Notes: generated from the sequence alone by a model not told the origin. A stretch of 41,290 bases of DNA from Chloroflexota bacterium (GCA_011048615.1 DSDT01000334.1:1-41290); one strand, 5' to 3'. Counted from the first letter of the stretch, positions 8,948 through 18,185 are shown. Made by a program: numbers and translations.

Positions 8948-10444
8948 TCACCTCCCTTCCCCAAGTGATTCTGCGGGGAATATTTTGCCGGGATTGAGGA
9001 TATTGAGCGGATCGAAGGCGTGTTTGATGCGCCGCTGGAGCGTGATCAGTGTCGGTTCCATCACCAGCGGCAGATACTGGGCCCGCTTGGAGCCGATGCC
9101 GTGTTCCCCGCTGATGGTCCCCCCCAGCCCAGAAACCACGTCATACAGGGCCTTCAGGATCGTCGGTAGTTGCATCTCCCATTCCTCCAGCGGCGTCTCT
9201 GGCCGCTTGACGATGGTGGCGTGCAAGTTGCCGTCCCCGGCATGGCCGTAGCAGGGGATCAACACGTTGTACTGCTGCGAGAGGCGCTCCAGTTCGGGCA
9301 TCAGAGCGGGGATCTGCGCCAGGGGGACGACGATATCTTCGAGACTCTGCACCGGGCAGATGGTTTTGAACGCCTCCGCTATGCTCTGGCGGGGACGCCA
9401 CATCCGCCTTTCGGTGGCGGGGGTGCTGCCCACGAAAACGTCCAACGCCCCCAGCTCCACGCACAGATCAATGATGGCGTTGAACTCGGCCTCGACCTGG
9501 TCCTGATGGTAGCCGTCTACTTCGATGAGCAGCATCGCGCCAATATCGGGATGAGGGGGACGCTCGTCCAGATAATCGTACGCGGTTTGAACCGATAGAC
9601 GGTCCATGAACTCGACCGAGGTCGGGACGATCCGCCCCTGGGTCATAATTCTCGGCACCGCGCCGATGGCTGAGGATACGTCCGCGAAGGGTATCAGCAG
9701 GACGGCGCTGGTTGTGGGCAGCGGCAGCAGCTTGAGAGTGATGCGGGTAAAGATGCCCAGCGTTCCCTCCGAGCCAACCATCAGGTGCAGCAGGTCGTAG
9801 CCGGTGACGTCCTTGACTCGCTTGCCGCCCAACTGCACGATCTCACCGGTGGGCAGCACCACTTCCAACCCCAGCACGTAGCGCCCGGTCACGCCGTACT
9901 TGATAGCCCGGCCGCCGCCGGCGTTCTCGGCTACGTTGCCGCCGATGAAGCAAAGCTCGACGCTCATCGGGTAGCCGGCGTAAAACAACCCGTATTCCCT
10001 GATGGCATCGTTGATCTCGTTGGTCACCACACCCGGTTCCACTATGATGACCATGTTCTGACGGTCGATCTCCAGGATGCGGTTCATACGCTCCAGTGAG
10101 AGCAGAATGCCGCCATAGATCGGCACCGCGCCGCAGGAGAGGCCCGACCCGGCCCCTCGCGGTGTGATCGGGATGCGCTCGCGGTTGGCCAATCGCATGA
10201 TCTCGGAAATCTCGGCGGCTGTCGCTGGCTTTACCACGACTTCGGGCATATGGGCGTGTTCGGCTCCGGCCACCTCGTCGTGCGCGTAATCCAGCATGCG
10301 TTCTGGATCGCCATAGATGACGTGCTGTTCGCCGACGATATCGCGCAACTGGGCGGCGATGGCCGCTGTGACGGGCTGATAGCGCTCGGCCAGACTGTTC
10401 TGGGCCACTGCCCTCGCGTTGGTCATAGGCAAGTCCTTTCCCAT
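8948..10444 (-). CDS. FAD-linked oxidase (GlcD / D-lactate dehydrogenase family)
   Basis: 498 aa. FAD_binding_4 region (VVKPATAAEISEIMRLANRERIPITPRGAGSGLSCGAVP) and C-terminal FAD-oxidase domain (HAGDGNLH...GGTISGEHGIG). The true start may be ATG 10426 (MTNARAV...), which has GGAAAGGA upstream. Confidence 0.88.
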   Translation of the reverse strand: MGKDLPMTNARAVAQNSLAERYQPVTAAIAAQLRDIVGEQHVIYGDPERMLDYAHDEVAGAEHAHMPEVVVKPATAAEISEIMRLANRERIPITPRGAGSGLSCGAVPIYGGILLSLERMNRILEIDRQNMVIIVEPGVVTNEINDAIREYGLFYAGYPMSVELCFIGGNVAENAGGGRAIKYGVTGRYVLGLEVVLPTGEIVQLGGKRVKDVTGYDLLHLMVGSEGTLGIFTRITLKLLPLPTTSAVLLIPFADVSSAIGAVPRIMTQGRIVPTSVEFMDRLSVQTAYDYLDERPPHPDIGAMLLIEVDGYHQDQVEAEFNAIIDLCVELGALDVFVGSTPATERRMWRPRQSIAEAFKTICPVQSLEDIVVPLAQIPALMPELERLSQQYNVLIPCYGHAGDGNLHATIVKRPETPLEEWEMQLPTILKALYDVVSGLGGTISGEHGIGSKRAQYLPLVMEPTLITLQRRIKHAFDPLNILNPGKIFPAESLGEGR

Positions 10445-10452
10445 ACGCGCTG

Positions 10453-10481
10453 ATTATACTCTCTCACTTCCCAGGGGACAA
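10453..10481 (-). promoter_or_regulatory. Candidate promoter for the FAD-oxidase gene (TTGTCC-17-TATAAT, minus strand)
   Basis: Reverse complement reads TTGTCCcctgggaagtgagagagTATAATcagcgcgtatggg. The -10 is at 10458-10453. The predicted TSS near 10446 favours the internal start at 10426 over 10444. Confidence 0.4.
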
Positions 10482-10515
10482 ATGAACCGGAGCAGCAGGA
10501 TACGTCGGTTCGAGT

Positions 10516-11226
10516 TCACTCTGTTGATCCGCGGCCTTTTCCTGTCAAGATCGCCTCCAGCTCGCTTAGCGCCTTTATCTCGTAACAGATGGCCGCATCC
10601 GCCGGTCTTTCCCTGCCCACGGGATTATACCAGCACGTATCAATCCCGTACGCCGAGCCCCCGCCGATGTCTGACGTCAGGCTGTCTCCTACGATCAACA
10701 CCTCCTCACGTCTCGGGTTCCCCATCCGCTCAAAGGCCACATCAAAGATGCGCGAGTCCGGCTTCGATGCGCCGACTTCATCGGATATCACCACGTCCAT
10801 CACGTATTTTTCGACACCCGATTTAGAGAAACGGCGCCGCTGCACGTCTCCCAGACCATTGGTAATGATCACCATCCCTATTTGGCCGTGCAGTGTCTCT
10901 AAAAGCGCTCGCGCACCGGGAATGAACTCTGCTTCTTCGGCGAGATGGGCCAGGTATATCCTGCTGAATACGTGGGGATCAATCACCACGTCAATCTCGG
11001 CGAACAGGTGTTGGAAACGGCGCACCTTGACCTCGTCGGGAGAGAGCTCGCCCCGCTCGTACAGTTGCCACATTTCTCCATTGATCTGCCGGTAGACCTG
11101 GCGGTACGCTGGCCTGTACGGATGGCCCGCTTGTGTGAAAGCTTTCTCCAGCGCCGCGGCTTCGGCACTGTCATAGTCTAATACCGTGCCGTCGGCATCT
11201 AGCAACAGCCATTGATATGACATCAC
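10516..11226 (-). CDS. HAD-IA hydrolase, YjjG-like pyrimidine 5'-nucleotidase family
   Basis: 236 aa. HAD motif I is LLLDADGTVLDY, motif II is ITNG, and motif III/IV is K...VGDSLTSDIGGG. Starts with GTGATG after GGGAGGAA; ATG 11223 is probably the real start. Confidence 0.85.
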   Translation of the reverse strand: MMSYQWLLLDADGTVLDYDSAEAAALEKAFTQAGHPYRPAYRQVYRQINGEMWQLYERGELSPDEVKVRRFQHLFAEIDVVIDPHVFSRIYLAHLAEEAEFIPGARALLETLHGQIGMVIITNGLGDVQRRRFSKSGVEKYVMDVVISDEVGASKPDSRIFDVAFERMGNPRREEVLIVGDSLTSDIGGGSAYGIDTCWYNPVGRERPADAAICYEIKALSELEAILTGKGRGSTE

Positions 11227-11260
11227 TTCCTCCCAAGTCCCATTTGTAGCCTCTACACCT

Positions 11261-11266
11261 ATTATA
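11261..11266 (-). promoter_or_regulatory. -10 box (TATAAT, minus strand) for the HAD gene, divergent from the M48 promoter
   Basis: Reverse complement of 11255-11285 reads ...gtgacTACAATcagaTATAATaggtgtagagg. TATAAT lies about 35 nt upstream of ATG 11223. No convincing -35 element. Confidence 0.35.
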
Positions 11267-11307
11267 TCTGATTGTAGTCACGATGCCAGGCGATCCCCGT
11301 TCGCGAA

Positions 11308-11336
11308 TTGGTATCTGTGCATCTTCGTGGTAGAAT
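11308..11336 (+). promoter_or_regulatory. Extended -10 promoter for the M48 protease gene (TTGGTA-17-TGgTAGAAT)
   Basis: TTGGTA is at 11308-11313, followed by a 17-nt spacer ending in TGG, then TAGAAT at 11331-11336. The 16-mer TCTTCGTGGTAGAATA is repeated at 12785-12800. Confidence 0.55.
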
Positions 11337-11466
11337 ATGCGCCAGTGCAGAAGGAGCGCCGGTGGTCCGGATGGATAAGCCAGTGAAATTAGAAATGATG
11401 GGTCTACACGGATTCGTGGGGGAAAATTTCGCAGCAGCAGGTGACGAAGGCGAAAATACACCTGTA

Positions 11467-11508
11467 GGGCGGGTTTCTTACCCGCCGGGCAGGTATGGAA
11501 ACCTGCCC
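11467..11508 (+). other. Two abutting GC-rich hairpins in the M48 leader
   Basis: GGCGGG-tttctta-CCCGCC (11468-11486) is followed directly by GGGCAGG-tatggaaa-CCTGCCC (11487-11508). Stems are 6 bp and 7 bp. The surrounding 11340-11535 has A/T-ending codons unlike the coding regions. Confidence 0.45.
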
Positions 11509-11535
11509 TATCCCACAAATCTGCGTAGAGCCGAA

Positions 11536-12711
11536 ATGATTGGATCAGCTATGGACACTCCAGAGCATTCAGAGGTCGCCGTCGATCCCCAGCGGCAGGA
11601 GCAGGCACGCGAGTATGCCCGCATCCGCCATCGTCTCCTGCTGGTGGACCTGCTTATCTCTTTCGCGCTGGTGATAGGTTTCCTGGCCACCGGCGCATCA
11701 CGGGCCTATCGCGAATTCATCGTCAACCTGGGAATCGTCTCACCATGGGTACAGGTTGCTGTCTACGTGGGGACCCTGGGACTGGCCTACACCCTCCTCT
11801 TCTTGCCCCTCTCCTGGTACAGAAGCTACGTTTTGCCCCACCGGTACGGTCTCAGCACCCAGACACTCCGGGGCTGGTGGATGGATTGGTTCAAGATGCT
11901 GGGCCTGGAGGTCCTCCTGGGATTCCCCATCGTCGAGTTGATCTTTTGGCTGCTCCGCACTCATTCCCAGAGCTGGTGGATCTGGGCCTCGATTCTCATG
12001 GTGGCGCTCTCGGTAGTGCTGGGCTATATCTTTCCCGTTCTCATCCTGCCCATCTTTTACAAACTGACGCCGCTGGAGGATAAAGAGTTGCGCCGGCGAA
12101 TCGAGATGCTCGCCGGGCGGACAGGCGTCGAGGTAGCGGGTGTCTATACCATCAATCTAAGCTCTCGCACCAGGGCTGCCAACGCTGTAGTGATGGGCAT
12201 GGGACGGACAAAGCGCATCGCTCTGGGGGATACCCTCTACGAAGAGTTCACGCCCGCCGAGATCGAGACTATCCTGGCCCACGAGCTGGCCCACCAGGTC
12301 CATCACGACGTGGAGATCGGGATGGTGGTACAGGCCCTGGTGACCGTCGCCAGCCTCTACCTGGCCCACATCTTTCTCCGTTGGGGTGTTCGGGCCTTTG
12401 ACTTGCAAGGGCCAGGCGACGTCGCGGCGCTGCCGCTGCTGGCCCTGGCGATGGGACTCTTCTCGCTACTTCTCATGCCTCTCACCAACGGCTACTCGCG
12501 GTGGCGGGAGCGACTGGCCGACCGTTTCGCGCTGTGGGTCACCGGCCGTCCAGAGGCCTTTGCCGACGCCATGACCCGTCTGGCCAACCAAAATCTGTCC
12601 GAATTGGAGCCGCCGCCGTGGGTGGTCTGGCTTCTCTACGACCACCCGCCGCTCCACCAACGGGTCCAGATGGCGCGCACCTGGTCGGGTGACAGAGGGT
12701 CCCCAGGGTGA
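11536..12711 (+). CDS. M48 family zinc metalloprotease (Ste24/HtpX-like, polytopic)
   Basis: HEXXH motif in ILAHELAHQVHHD. Multi-TM N-terminal M48_N-like region and C-terminal YDHPPLHQRV. The start is placed at ATG 11536 (or 11551) because the TTG at 11308 lies inside the promoter and 11308-11535 has non-coding codon usage. Confidence 0.85.
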   Translation: MIGSAMDTPEHSEVAVDPQRQEQAREYARIRHRLLLVDLLISFALVIGFLATGASRAYREFIVNLGIVSPWVQVAVYVGTLGLAYTLLFLPLSWYRSYVLPHRYGLSTQTLRGWWMDWFKMLGLEVLLGFPIVELIFWLLRTHSQSWWIWASILMVALSVVLGYIFPVLILPIFYKLTPLEDKELRRRIEMLAGRTGVEVAGVYTINLSSRTRAANAVVMGMGRTKRIALGDTLYEEFTPAEIETILAHELAHQVHHDVEIGMVVQALVTVASLYLAHIFLRWGVRAFDLQGPGDVAALPLLALAMGLFSLLLMPLTNGYSRWRERLADRFALWVTGRPEAFADAMTRLANQNLSELEPPPWVVWLLYDHPPLHQRVQMARTWSGDRGSPG

Positions 12712-12771
12712 TAGCAGGCGGGGTCGCGATGGCCCTGTGCCCTCCGTCGGCCAGACGCCCAGCCCTTCTCT

Positions 12772-12799
12772 TTGTGTCCGGCTGTCTTCGTGGTAGAAT
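12772..12799 (+). promoter_or_regulatory. Extended -10 promoter for the sensor/transporter operon (TGgTAGAAT)
   Basis: TAGAAT is at 12794-12799 preceded by TGG, with a weak -35 TTGTGT at 12772-12777. It shares the same 16-mer as the M48 promoter. GGAGG RBS precedes the ATG at 12878. Confidence 0.5.
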
Positions 12800-12877
12800 A
12801 AGCTGTGTCGGCGCATCTATCGAGCCTCATAGTAGATTCGATATCAACTGCTTCACCGCAGCCATGGAGGTTAGGCT

Positions 12878-14755
12878 ATGAACACGTCTGGTTCTGGAAA
12901 GGGCTCCGCCTTTCGCTGGTCCATCGGCGCCAAACTGACCATCGCGTTCCTGATACTCGCCCTCGTGCCGATGTCCGTCACCGCTTATTACAACCTGACC
13001 CAGGGTCAGCGCGAGGTCGCCCAAGTCGCGGAGGAGAACCTGTTGGTCCTGTCGCAGAGCGTCGCCAGCGAGGTCAACCAACTGCTGGTGGAGAACCTGC
13101 GCACCTCCGCCACGCTGGCCGGCGATCCGCTGGTGGTGCAGTACCTGACCAGCTCCGGGGAAGCGCGCCGCACCCTGGAGCCCCTGATCTACCAGACGCT
13201 CCAGAACTTTGCCGAGACCCACCCCGACTTTCCCAATCCGGGCATCCTGAATGCGGACGGCATCGCCATGGCGGTGTGGAACGTGCCCCCTGAGGTGGTC
13301 GGGACCGACTACTCCGACCGGGACTATTACGTGGCCGTCAAACAAGCGGCCCCGTTCATCTCGGACATCATCGTCGGGCGCGTGACCAGCCAGGACGGCG
13401 TCTTTCTCGCCTACCCGGTATTCACGGAGGAGGGGGAGGTCGTCGGGATGAGCAATATGAAGCTCGATGTGGAGAACAATGTCCGCAAGACGATTGACAA
13501 TATCGCGGTGGGGGCGGAGGGCATCGCCTACCTGGTGGACCAAGACGGTGTCGTCATCGCCCATCCCAACCGGGAGCTACTGTACCACAGTCTGGGCGAG
13601 CTTCTGCCAGAGGCGGCCGAGGTCATCGCATCGTCGAAGCGGTTTGGTATTGGGGAGGACGGTCAGCCGCGCATCCCCGAAAGCCTGGGGATGGACGACC
13701 TGGCCTCCGAGTTGATGGCGGCCCGGAGAGGCGGCTCCTATCGCTACTACTCCCCCCTCGACCGGCGCTATCACATCGTCGGGTACACCCCGTTGGAGGC
13801 CCATTCCTGGACCGTGGTCGTGGACCTGCCCGAGGACCAGTTCCTGGCCCCCTTGCAGCGACTGGAGACGTTCGCCTGGATCAGCGTGGGGGTGGTGGGC
13901 GTCGCGGCGCTCGTCATCTCTGTTCTACTGGCCCGCGGCATCACACGTCCCATCACCCGGTTGGCCAGCGCGGCGGTCGCCGTGGAGAACGACCGGCCCT
14001 TCGATCCCGCCGACATCGCGGACATCACCTCCGGTCGGGATGAGACCGCTCACCTGGGGCGCGTCTTTAGCGCCATGGTGCTCGCCCTGCGCCGCCGGGT
14101 GGGCGAGCTGCGCACTGTCTACGAGATCGGCCAGGACATCACCGCTGCACTGGAGGTTGACGAGACACTGCAAGCCGTCCTCGACCGGGTGTACGACGTG
14201 ATTGTCTACGACGCCGCCGAGATCACCCTGTTCGATCAACAGGAGGATGCGCTGATCGTGACCGCCTGGAGCGGCAAGAACGGTTTCGACGACACCAGGG
14301 GGGCGAGCTATCGAATCGGTGAGGGGTTCACCGGCCTGATCGGACAGGAGAAGCGCGGCCTGCTCGTGCCCGATATCCAGGCCCAGATGGATCAACGGGC
14401 GGTTGCAGAACAGATTGGCGAGGAGGTGCCCGTCCGCTCGCTGCTCGGCGTCCCGCTCCTCATTCAAGATCGGCTGGTCGGCACGCTGGAACTGGTCCAC
14501 AGCCGGGTGGGTGCCTTTGACGAGAACGATCAACGTCTGCTGGAGACCATCGCGCCCCAGGCCGCCATCGCCATCGAAAAGGCCCAACAGGTGCGAGAGC
14601 GGGAGCGGCAGCTGCAAAACCAGATCGAGCGACTGCGCATCGAAATTGATCACACCAAGCGGGAGCGCCAGGTCCAGGCCATCACCGAAACCGATTACTT
14701 TCAGGAATTGGCAAGACAGGCCGCCGAGCTACGGAAACGGGCCGGGAGGGAGTGA
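12878..14755 (+). CDS. Membrane sensor protein: dCache_1 periplasmic domain, TM, HAMP, GAF, C-terminal coiled coil; no enzymatic output domain
   Basis: 625 aa. TM1 is LTIAFLILALVPMSVTAYY. The Cache core is DYSDRDYYVAV...GIAYLVDQDGVVIAHPN. TM2 is WISVGVVGVAALVISVLLA, and HAMP is RGITRPITRLASAA...VFSAMVLALRRR. GAF is GEGFTGLIGQ...SLLGVPLLIQDRLVGTLEL. It ends in a heptad-rich tail. Confidence 0.85.
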   Translation: MNTSGSGKGSAFRWSIGAKLTIAFLILALVPMSVTAYYNLTQGQREVAQVAEENLLVLSQSVASEVNQLLVENLRTSATLAGDPLVVQYLTSSGEARRTLEPLIYQTLQNFAETHPDFPNPGILNADGIAMAVWNVPPEVVGTDYSDRDYYVAVKQAAPFISDIIVGRVTSQDGVFLAYPVFTEEGEVVGMSNMKLDVENNVRKTIDNIAVGAEGIAYLVDQDGVVIAHPNRELLYHSLGELLPEAAEVIASSKRFGIGEDGQPRIPESLGMDDLASELMAARRGGSYRYYSPLDRRYHIVGYTPLEAHSWTVVVDLPEDQFLAPLQRLETFAWISVGVVGVAALVISVLLARGITRPITRLASAAVAVENDRPFDPADIADITSGRDETAHLGRVFSAMVLALRRRVGELRTVYEIGQDITAALEVDETLQAVLDRVYDVIVYDAAEITLFDQQEDALIVTAWSGKNGFDDTRGASYRIGEGFTGLIGQEKRGLLVPDIQAQMDQRAVAEQIGEEVPVRSLLGVPLLIQDRLVGTLELVHSRVGAFDENDQRLLETIAPQAAIAIEKAQQVRERERQLQNQIERLRIEIDHTKRERQVQAITETDYFQELARQAAELRKRAGRE

Positions 14756-14764
14756 GCACCCGCG

Positions 14765-17700
14765 ATGAAGGGGTGGTTGAGACGGCTGCTCAACGTCCGC
14801 TCAGAGGAAGGCCGTTGCACGGCCCTTCTCTATCTCCTCTTCTTTCTGCTCATTCTCGGCTCTGTGTGGGGTGAAACGACCGCCGAGGCCCTCTTTCTCG
14901 CCCAGATCGGGACGGACGCCTACTCGTTCCGTTTCCTCACCGAGGCCGTGGTGACGCTGGCCTTCACCCTCGTCTACACCGCCTTTGTGGATCGGATTGA
15001 CAACACGCGCCTGTTGATCGCCATCTGTGGAATCGCTGCACTCTCCCTGCTCCTGACCCGTCTCCTGCTGACCTATCATCTGACCATCGCCTACTATCTC
15101 TTCTACCTGATCGGCTGCACCGTGCGCGTTATCCTGGCGGTTCATTCCTGGACCTATGTCAGTGACTTTTACGATACCCGCGCTGCCCGACGGATCTTTC
15201 CCCTCATCGGCTCGTCCGGCCGCATCGCTGGCCTCGTGGGAGGGGCGGTTCTCCGTTTCGTCGTCATCCCCATCGTGCACGCCGAAAATGTGCCCTACAT
15301 CTGGATTGGGCTGTTGGTCGTGGGAGCCTGGCTGGCGTCCCGCATTCCGCACTGGATCCAGAGAGAGCCCACCCTGGTCCCGGCGGCCGGCCAACCCGAG
15401 GGCGCATGGAAGGGTTTTCGGCATGGTTGGCGTTCCATCCGCGAACTGCGCCTGCTCCAACTGCTCGCCATCGGCACGACACTGATGACTGTGTTGCTGG
15501 CGCTGTTCAATTTTCAAGTTGATCATATCTTTTCCCAGAACTACCAGGATGCGGATGACCTGGCCGGGTTGTTTGGGCTGCTGAGGAGTCTGGCTGACGG
15601 CATCGCGCTCCCTTTCCAGCTCTTTTTGCTCACTCGCATCGTGAATCGGGTGGGAGTGGGATGGGCCAATCTGTTCTACCCCGCGCTGGCGGTTGGAAGT
15701 TATGGCTTGTTGGCCGTCTTTCCTCGGTTCCCCCTGGCGGTGTTGGGCCTCTTTGTCCAGAAGGGGTTCCGCTCGGGTGTGCGCAATCCCCTGGATAATA
15801 TGCTCTACAATGGCGTGCCACGCGCGGTCAAGGGGCGCGCCCGGGCCTTTGTCAACGGAATTCTGGTCCCCGTAGCTACGCTGCTGGCCGGTCTTCTCAT
15901 GTTCCTGGTGCCCCCGGGCGGGGCACTGCCCTGGCCCCTGTTGGCCCTGGGGGGCGTGGTGGGATTGGGCTATCTCGGCGTGACTTGGTACGTCCGCCGC
16001 GCCTACAGCCAGGCATTGGTAGAAACCCTGAAAGCCGAGGACAGCCAGCTTTACCAACTGGCCGGGGCGGAATGGGATGCCACTGATCGGGCGGCGCTGG
16101 ATCACGTGTTAGCGCGGTTGCGTGAGAGCCAGGACGAGGGCGCGACCGTCTTTCTGGCCCAACTGGCTTACGAGGTCGGCGACCGCGACGCGCTGCCGGC
16201 GTTGGCCGAACTCGCCAGCGAGGGCAGTCCCGTGGTGCGAGCCGGTATCCTCGAGCTGGTGGGGTCCGCCGGCCTCTCCCATCCCCAGATGCGCCAGCTC
16301 TGCACCGCCGGCCTGACCGACGCCGACCGGACGGTGCGCCGCGTCGCCCTGACGGTGCTAGAGACCGAGTGGCAGAGTGGGGCAGGCGCGGAGGATGGAG
16401 GCGAATCCCTCCTGGCGCTGGCGTTGGATCGCTTGTACGACCCCGACCCTGGCGTGCGCGTGCGGGCCATCTCGCTGCTGCTCCGCTCCGGCGACCTGTA
16501 CTATCTCACCGTGGCGGCCAGCACCCTCAACCAACTGCTCGCCGCCGCCGACCCTGCACTGCGCGCGCTGGCGCTCTCCACCCTGGGAGAGATGGGCGAT
16601 TCTCGTTTCGTGCGCACGCTGACGCCACACCTGGCCGACCCGCACGAAGGAGTCCGCCGGGCGGCCGCGCAGGCCATCGCCGCCGTCGTTTCGCCCACCG
16701 CGCTGCTCTGGGTGCGTGAACTCGCGCTGGAGGCGGCCGAACAGGCCCTCGCTGACCGGGCCGAAGCCGTCCGCCTAGCGGCCGTCCAGATATTGGGGCG
16801 GCTGGCCTCCTCCCAGGCCCGTCCCGCGCTGCTGGCGACGCTGCAGGATGACAGGGTCCGTGTCCGTGAGAGCGCCCGCCAGGTGCTCGAGGGGATGGGC
16901 CCCGAGGTGGTGGACGAGTTGGAGGCGCTGCTGGAGGCCGAAAGTGGGCGCGCCCGCGATTCTGCCATCGTGGCTCTGCTGCACCTTTCGACCGAGCGCT
17001 ACCGCGGCCGGGCCGACGCCGAGATCCACGGTACCATGGAGCGTGCCTATTGCAACATGATGCTGATGGACGCCCTGTCTCCACTCCCGTTCTCCGGCGC
17101 CGCGCTGGCGGTGCACACGCTCCGAGATCGAAACCAGGCCCTGCTGGAGCACGTCTTTCGCATCCTGGCAGCGCTGCACGGGGCCGAGACCGTCGGAGTG
17201 ATCTGGCACAACCTGCAATCCGTCGTCCCCCATGCGCGCGCCAACGCGGTCGAGGCGCTGGAGGCCATCACCTCCCCGCTGGTGGCTCGCCTGGTGACGC
17301 CGTTGGGTGCTGGCGCTGCCGATGCCGACGGCGCCAGCAGCAGCGACGTTGACATAGTGGCGCTGGCCCAAGAGGCCTGCGGTCTGGGGGCCGAACCCTG
17401 GTCGCGCATTACCGATCCGGCAGCGGCGGTGGAGCTGTTGCTGACGGGACAGGACCCCTGGCTGAGAGCGGTCGGCCTGTACCTGCTCGGCGAGGCCGGC
17501 TCGCCCGGCCCGGCCTGGACAGATCGCGTCTCCGGAGTGATGCCAGCATTGATCGCCCCTGCCCGCTGTGAACAGGTGATCAGGACAGCTTCAGGTTCAG
17601 CGGACGGGCTGGTGGTCGAGGCGGCGCAGTACGCAGCCCGGCGGCTTGGGCTCTCGAGTGCAGAAGAGGAGGTTCCCGCGATGCTTTCCACGATTGAAAA

Positions 17701-18178
17701 GGTCATCTTTTTGAAAGAGGTGCCTATCTTTGACGAGATGACGGTAGCTCAACTGCGCGTGTTGGCCGGGATCGCCGAGGAGGTCGCTTTTGATGACGAC
17801 GGGATCATCTTTCACGAGGGGGAGCCGGGCGATACCCTCTACGTCGTCGTCAGTGGCCGGGTGGGCATCGAGCACCAGGCCGAGGGCGGGAGCGAATCGG
17901 TGGCGCGGCTGGCGACCCTCGAACCGCGCCAGTATTTCGGCGAGATGAGCATTTTTGACCAGGCGCCTCGCTCGGCCACCGCCATCGCCATCGGCCCTAC
18001 GCTGCTGTTGAGCATCCGCCGTGAGCCGTTGATCGCCCTGGTCGAGGGGGATCCCACGCTGGCGCTCGAGTTGATCCGTGTCCTCAGTCAGCGCCTGCGG
18101 GACGTCAACGAGGAGCTGGCCCGCAAGACCAAGGCCGCGCCGCGTAAATTGCAAAAGCTGTACGATCAACTTGTGTAG
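14765..18178 (+). CDS. Large fusion protein: about 12-TM transporter-like domain (MFS / ATP:ADP-translocase-like), HEAT-repeat array, C-terminal cyclic-nucleotide-binding domain
   Basis: 1137 aa. The first roughly 420 aa are polytopic. The middle carries repeated HEAT/PBS-lyase-type units (DADRTVRRVALTVLE, DPDPGVRVRAISLLL, DPHEGVRRAAAQAIA, DRAEAVRLAAVQILG, DDRVRVRESARQVLE). The C-terminus is CAP-type cNMP-binding (IFHEGEPGDTLYVVVSGRV...YFGEMSIFDQAPRSATAIA). Confidence 0.85.
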   Translation: MKGWLRRLLNVRSEEGRCTALLYLLFFLLILGSVWGETTAEALFLAQIGTDAYSFRFLTEAVVTLAFTLVYTAFVDRIDNTRLLIAICGIAALSLLLTRLLLTYHLTIAYYLFYLIGCTVRVILAVHSWTYVSDFYDTRAARRIFPLIGSSGRIAGLVGGAVLRFVVIPIVHAENVPYIWIGLLVVGAWLASRIPHWIQREPTLVPAAGQPEGAWKGFRHGWRSIRELRLLQLLAIGTTLMTVLLALFNFQVDHIFSQNYQDADDLAGLFGLLRSLADGIALPFQLFLLTRIVNRVGVGWANLFYPALAVGSYGLLAVFPRFPLAVLGLFVQKGFRSGVRNPLDNMLYNGVPRAVKGRARAFVNGILVPVATLLAGLLMFLVPPGGALPWPLLALGGVVGLGYLGVTWYVRRAYSQALVETLKAEDSQLYQLAGAEWDATDRAALDHVLARLRESQDEGATVFLAQLAYEVGDRDALPALAELASEGSPVVRAGILELVGSAGLSHPQMRQLCTAGLTDADRTVRRVALTVLETEWQSGAGAEDGGESLLALALDRLYDPDPGVRVRAISLLLRSGDLYYLTVAASTLNQLLAAADPALRALALSTLGEMGDSRFVRTLTPHLADPHEGVRRAAAQAIAAVVSPTALLWVRELALEAAEQALADRAEAVRLAAVQILGRLASSQARPALLATLQDDRVRVRESARQVLEGMGPEVVDELEALLEAESGRARDSAIVALLHLSTERYRGRADAEIHGTMERAYCNMMLMDALSPLPFSGAALAVHTLRDRNQALLEHVFRILAALHGAETVGVIWHNLQSVVPHARANAVEALEAITSPLVARLVTPLGAGAADADGASSSDVDIVALAQEACGLGAEPWSRITDPAAAVELLLTGQDPWLRAVGLYLLGEAGSPGPAWTDRVSGVMPALIAPARCEQVIRTASGSADGLVVEAAQYAARRLGLSSAEEEVPAMLSTIEKVIFLKEVPIFDEMTVAQLRVLAGIAEEVAFDDDGIIFHEGEPGDTLYVVVSGRVGIEHQAEGGSESVARLATLEPRQYFGEMSIFDQAPRSATAIAIGPTLLLSIRREPLIALVEGDPTLALELIRVLSQRLRDVNEELARKTKAAPRKLQKLYDQLV

Positions 18179-18185
18179 GTGTGGA

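Noticed and set aside
10484-10511. GAACCG-N16-CGGTTC stem after the HAD gene stop
   Set aside because: The stem is only 6 bp with a 16-nt loop and no U-tract, which is not distinguishable from chance.
14801-16105. Long antisense ORFs (14801..16105, 16775..17371, 17047..17706, 19202..20488, 21293..22204, 23012..24055, 25286..26365, 28945..30231, 30258..31013, 36112..37368, 38778..39965)
   Set aside because: All lie opposite well-supported genes and have skewed Arg/Gly/Pro/His composition with no motifs. They are typical stop-poor shadow frames of GC-rich DNA.
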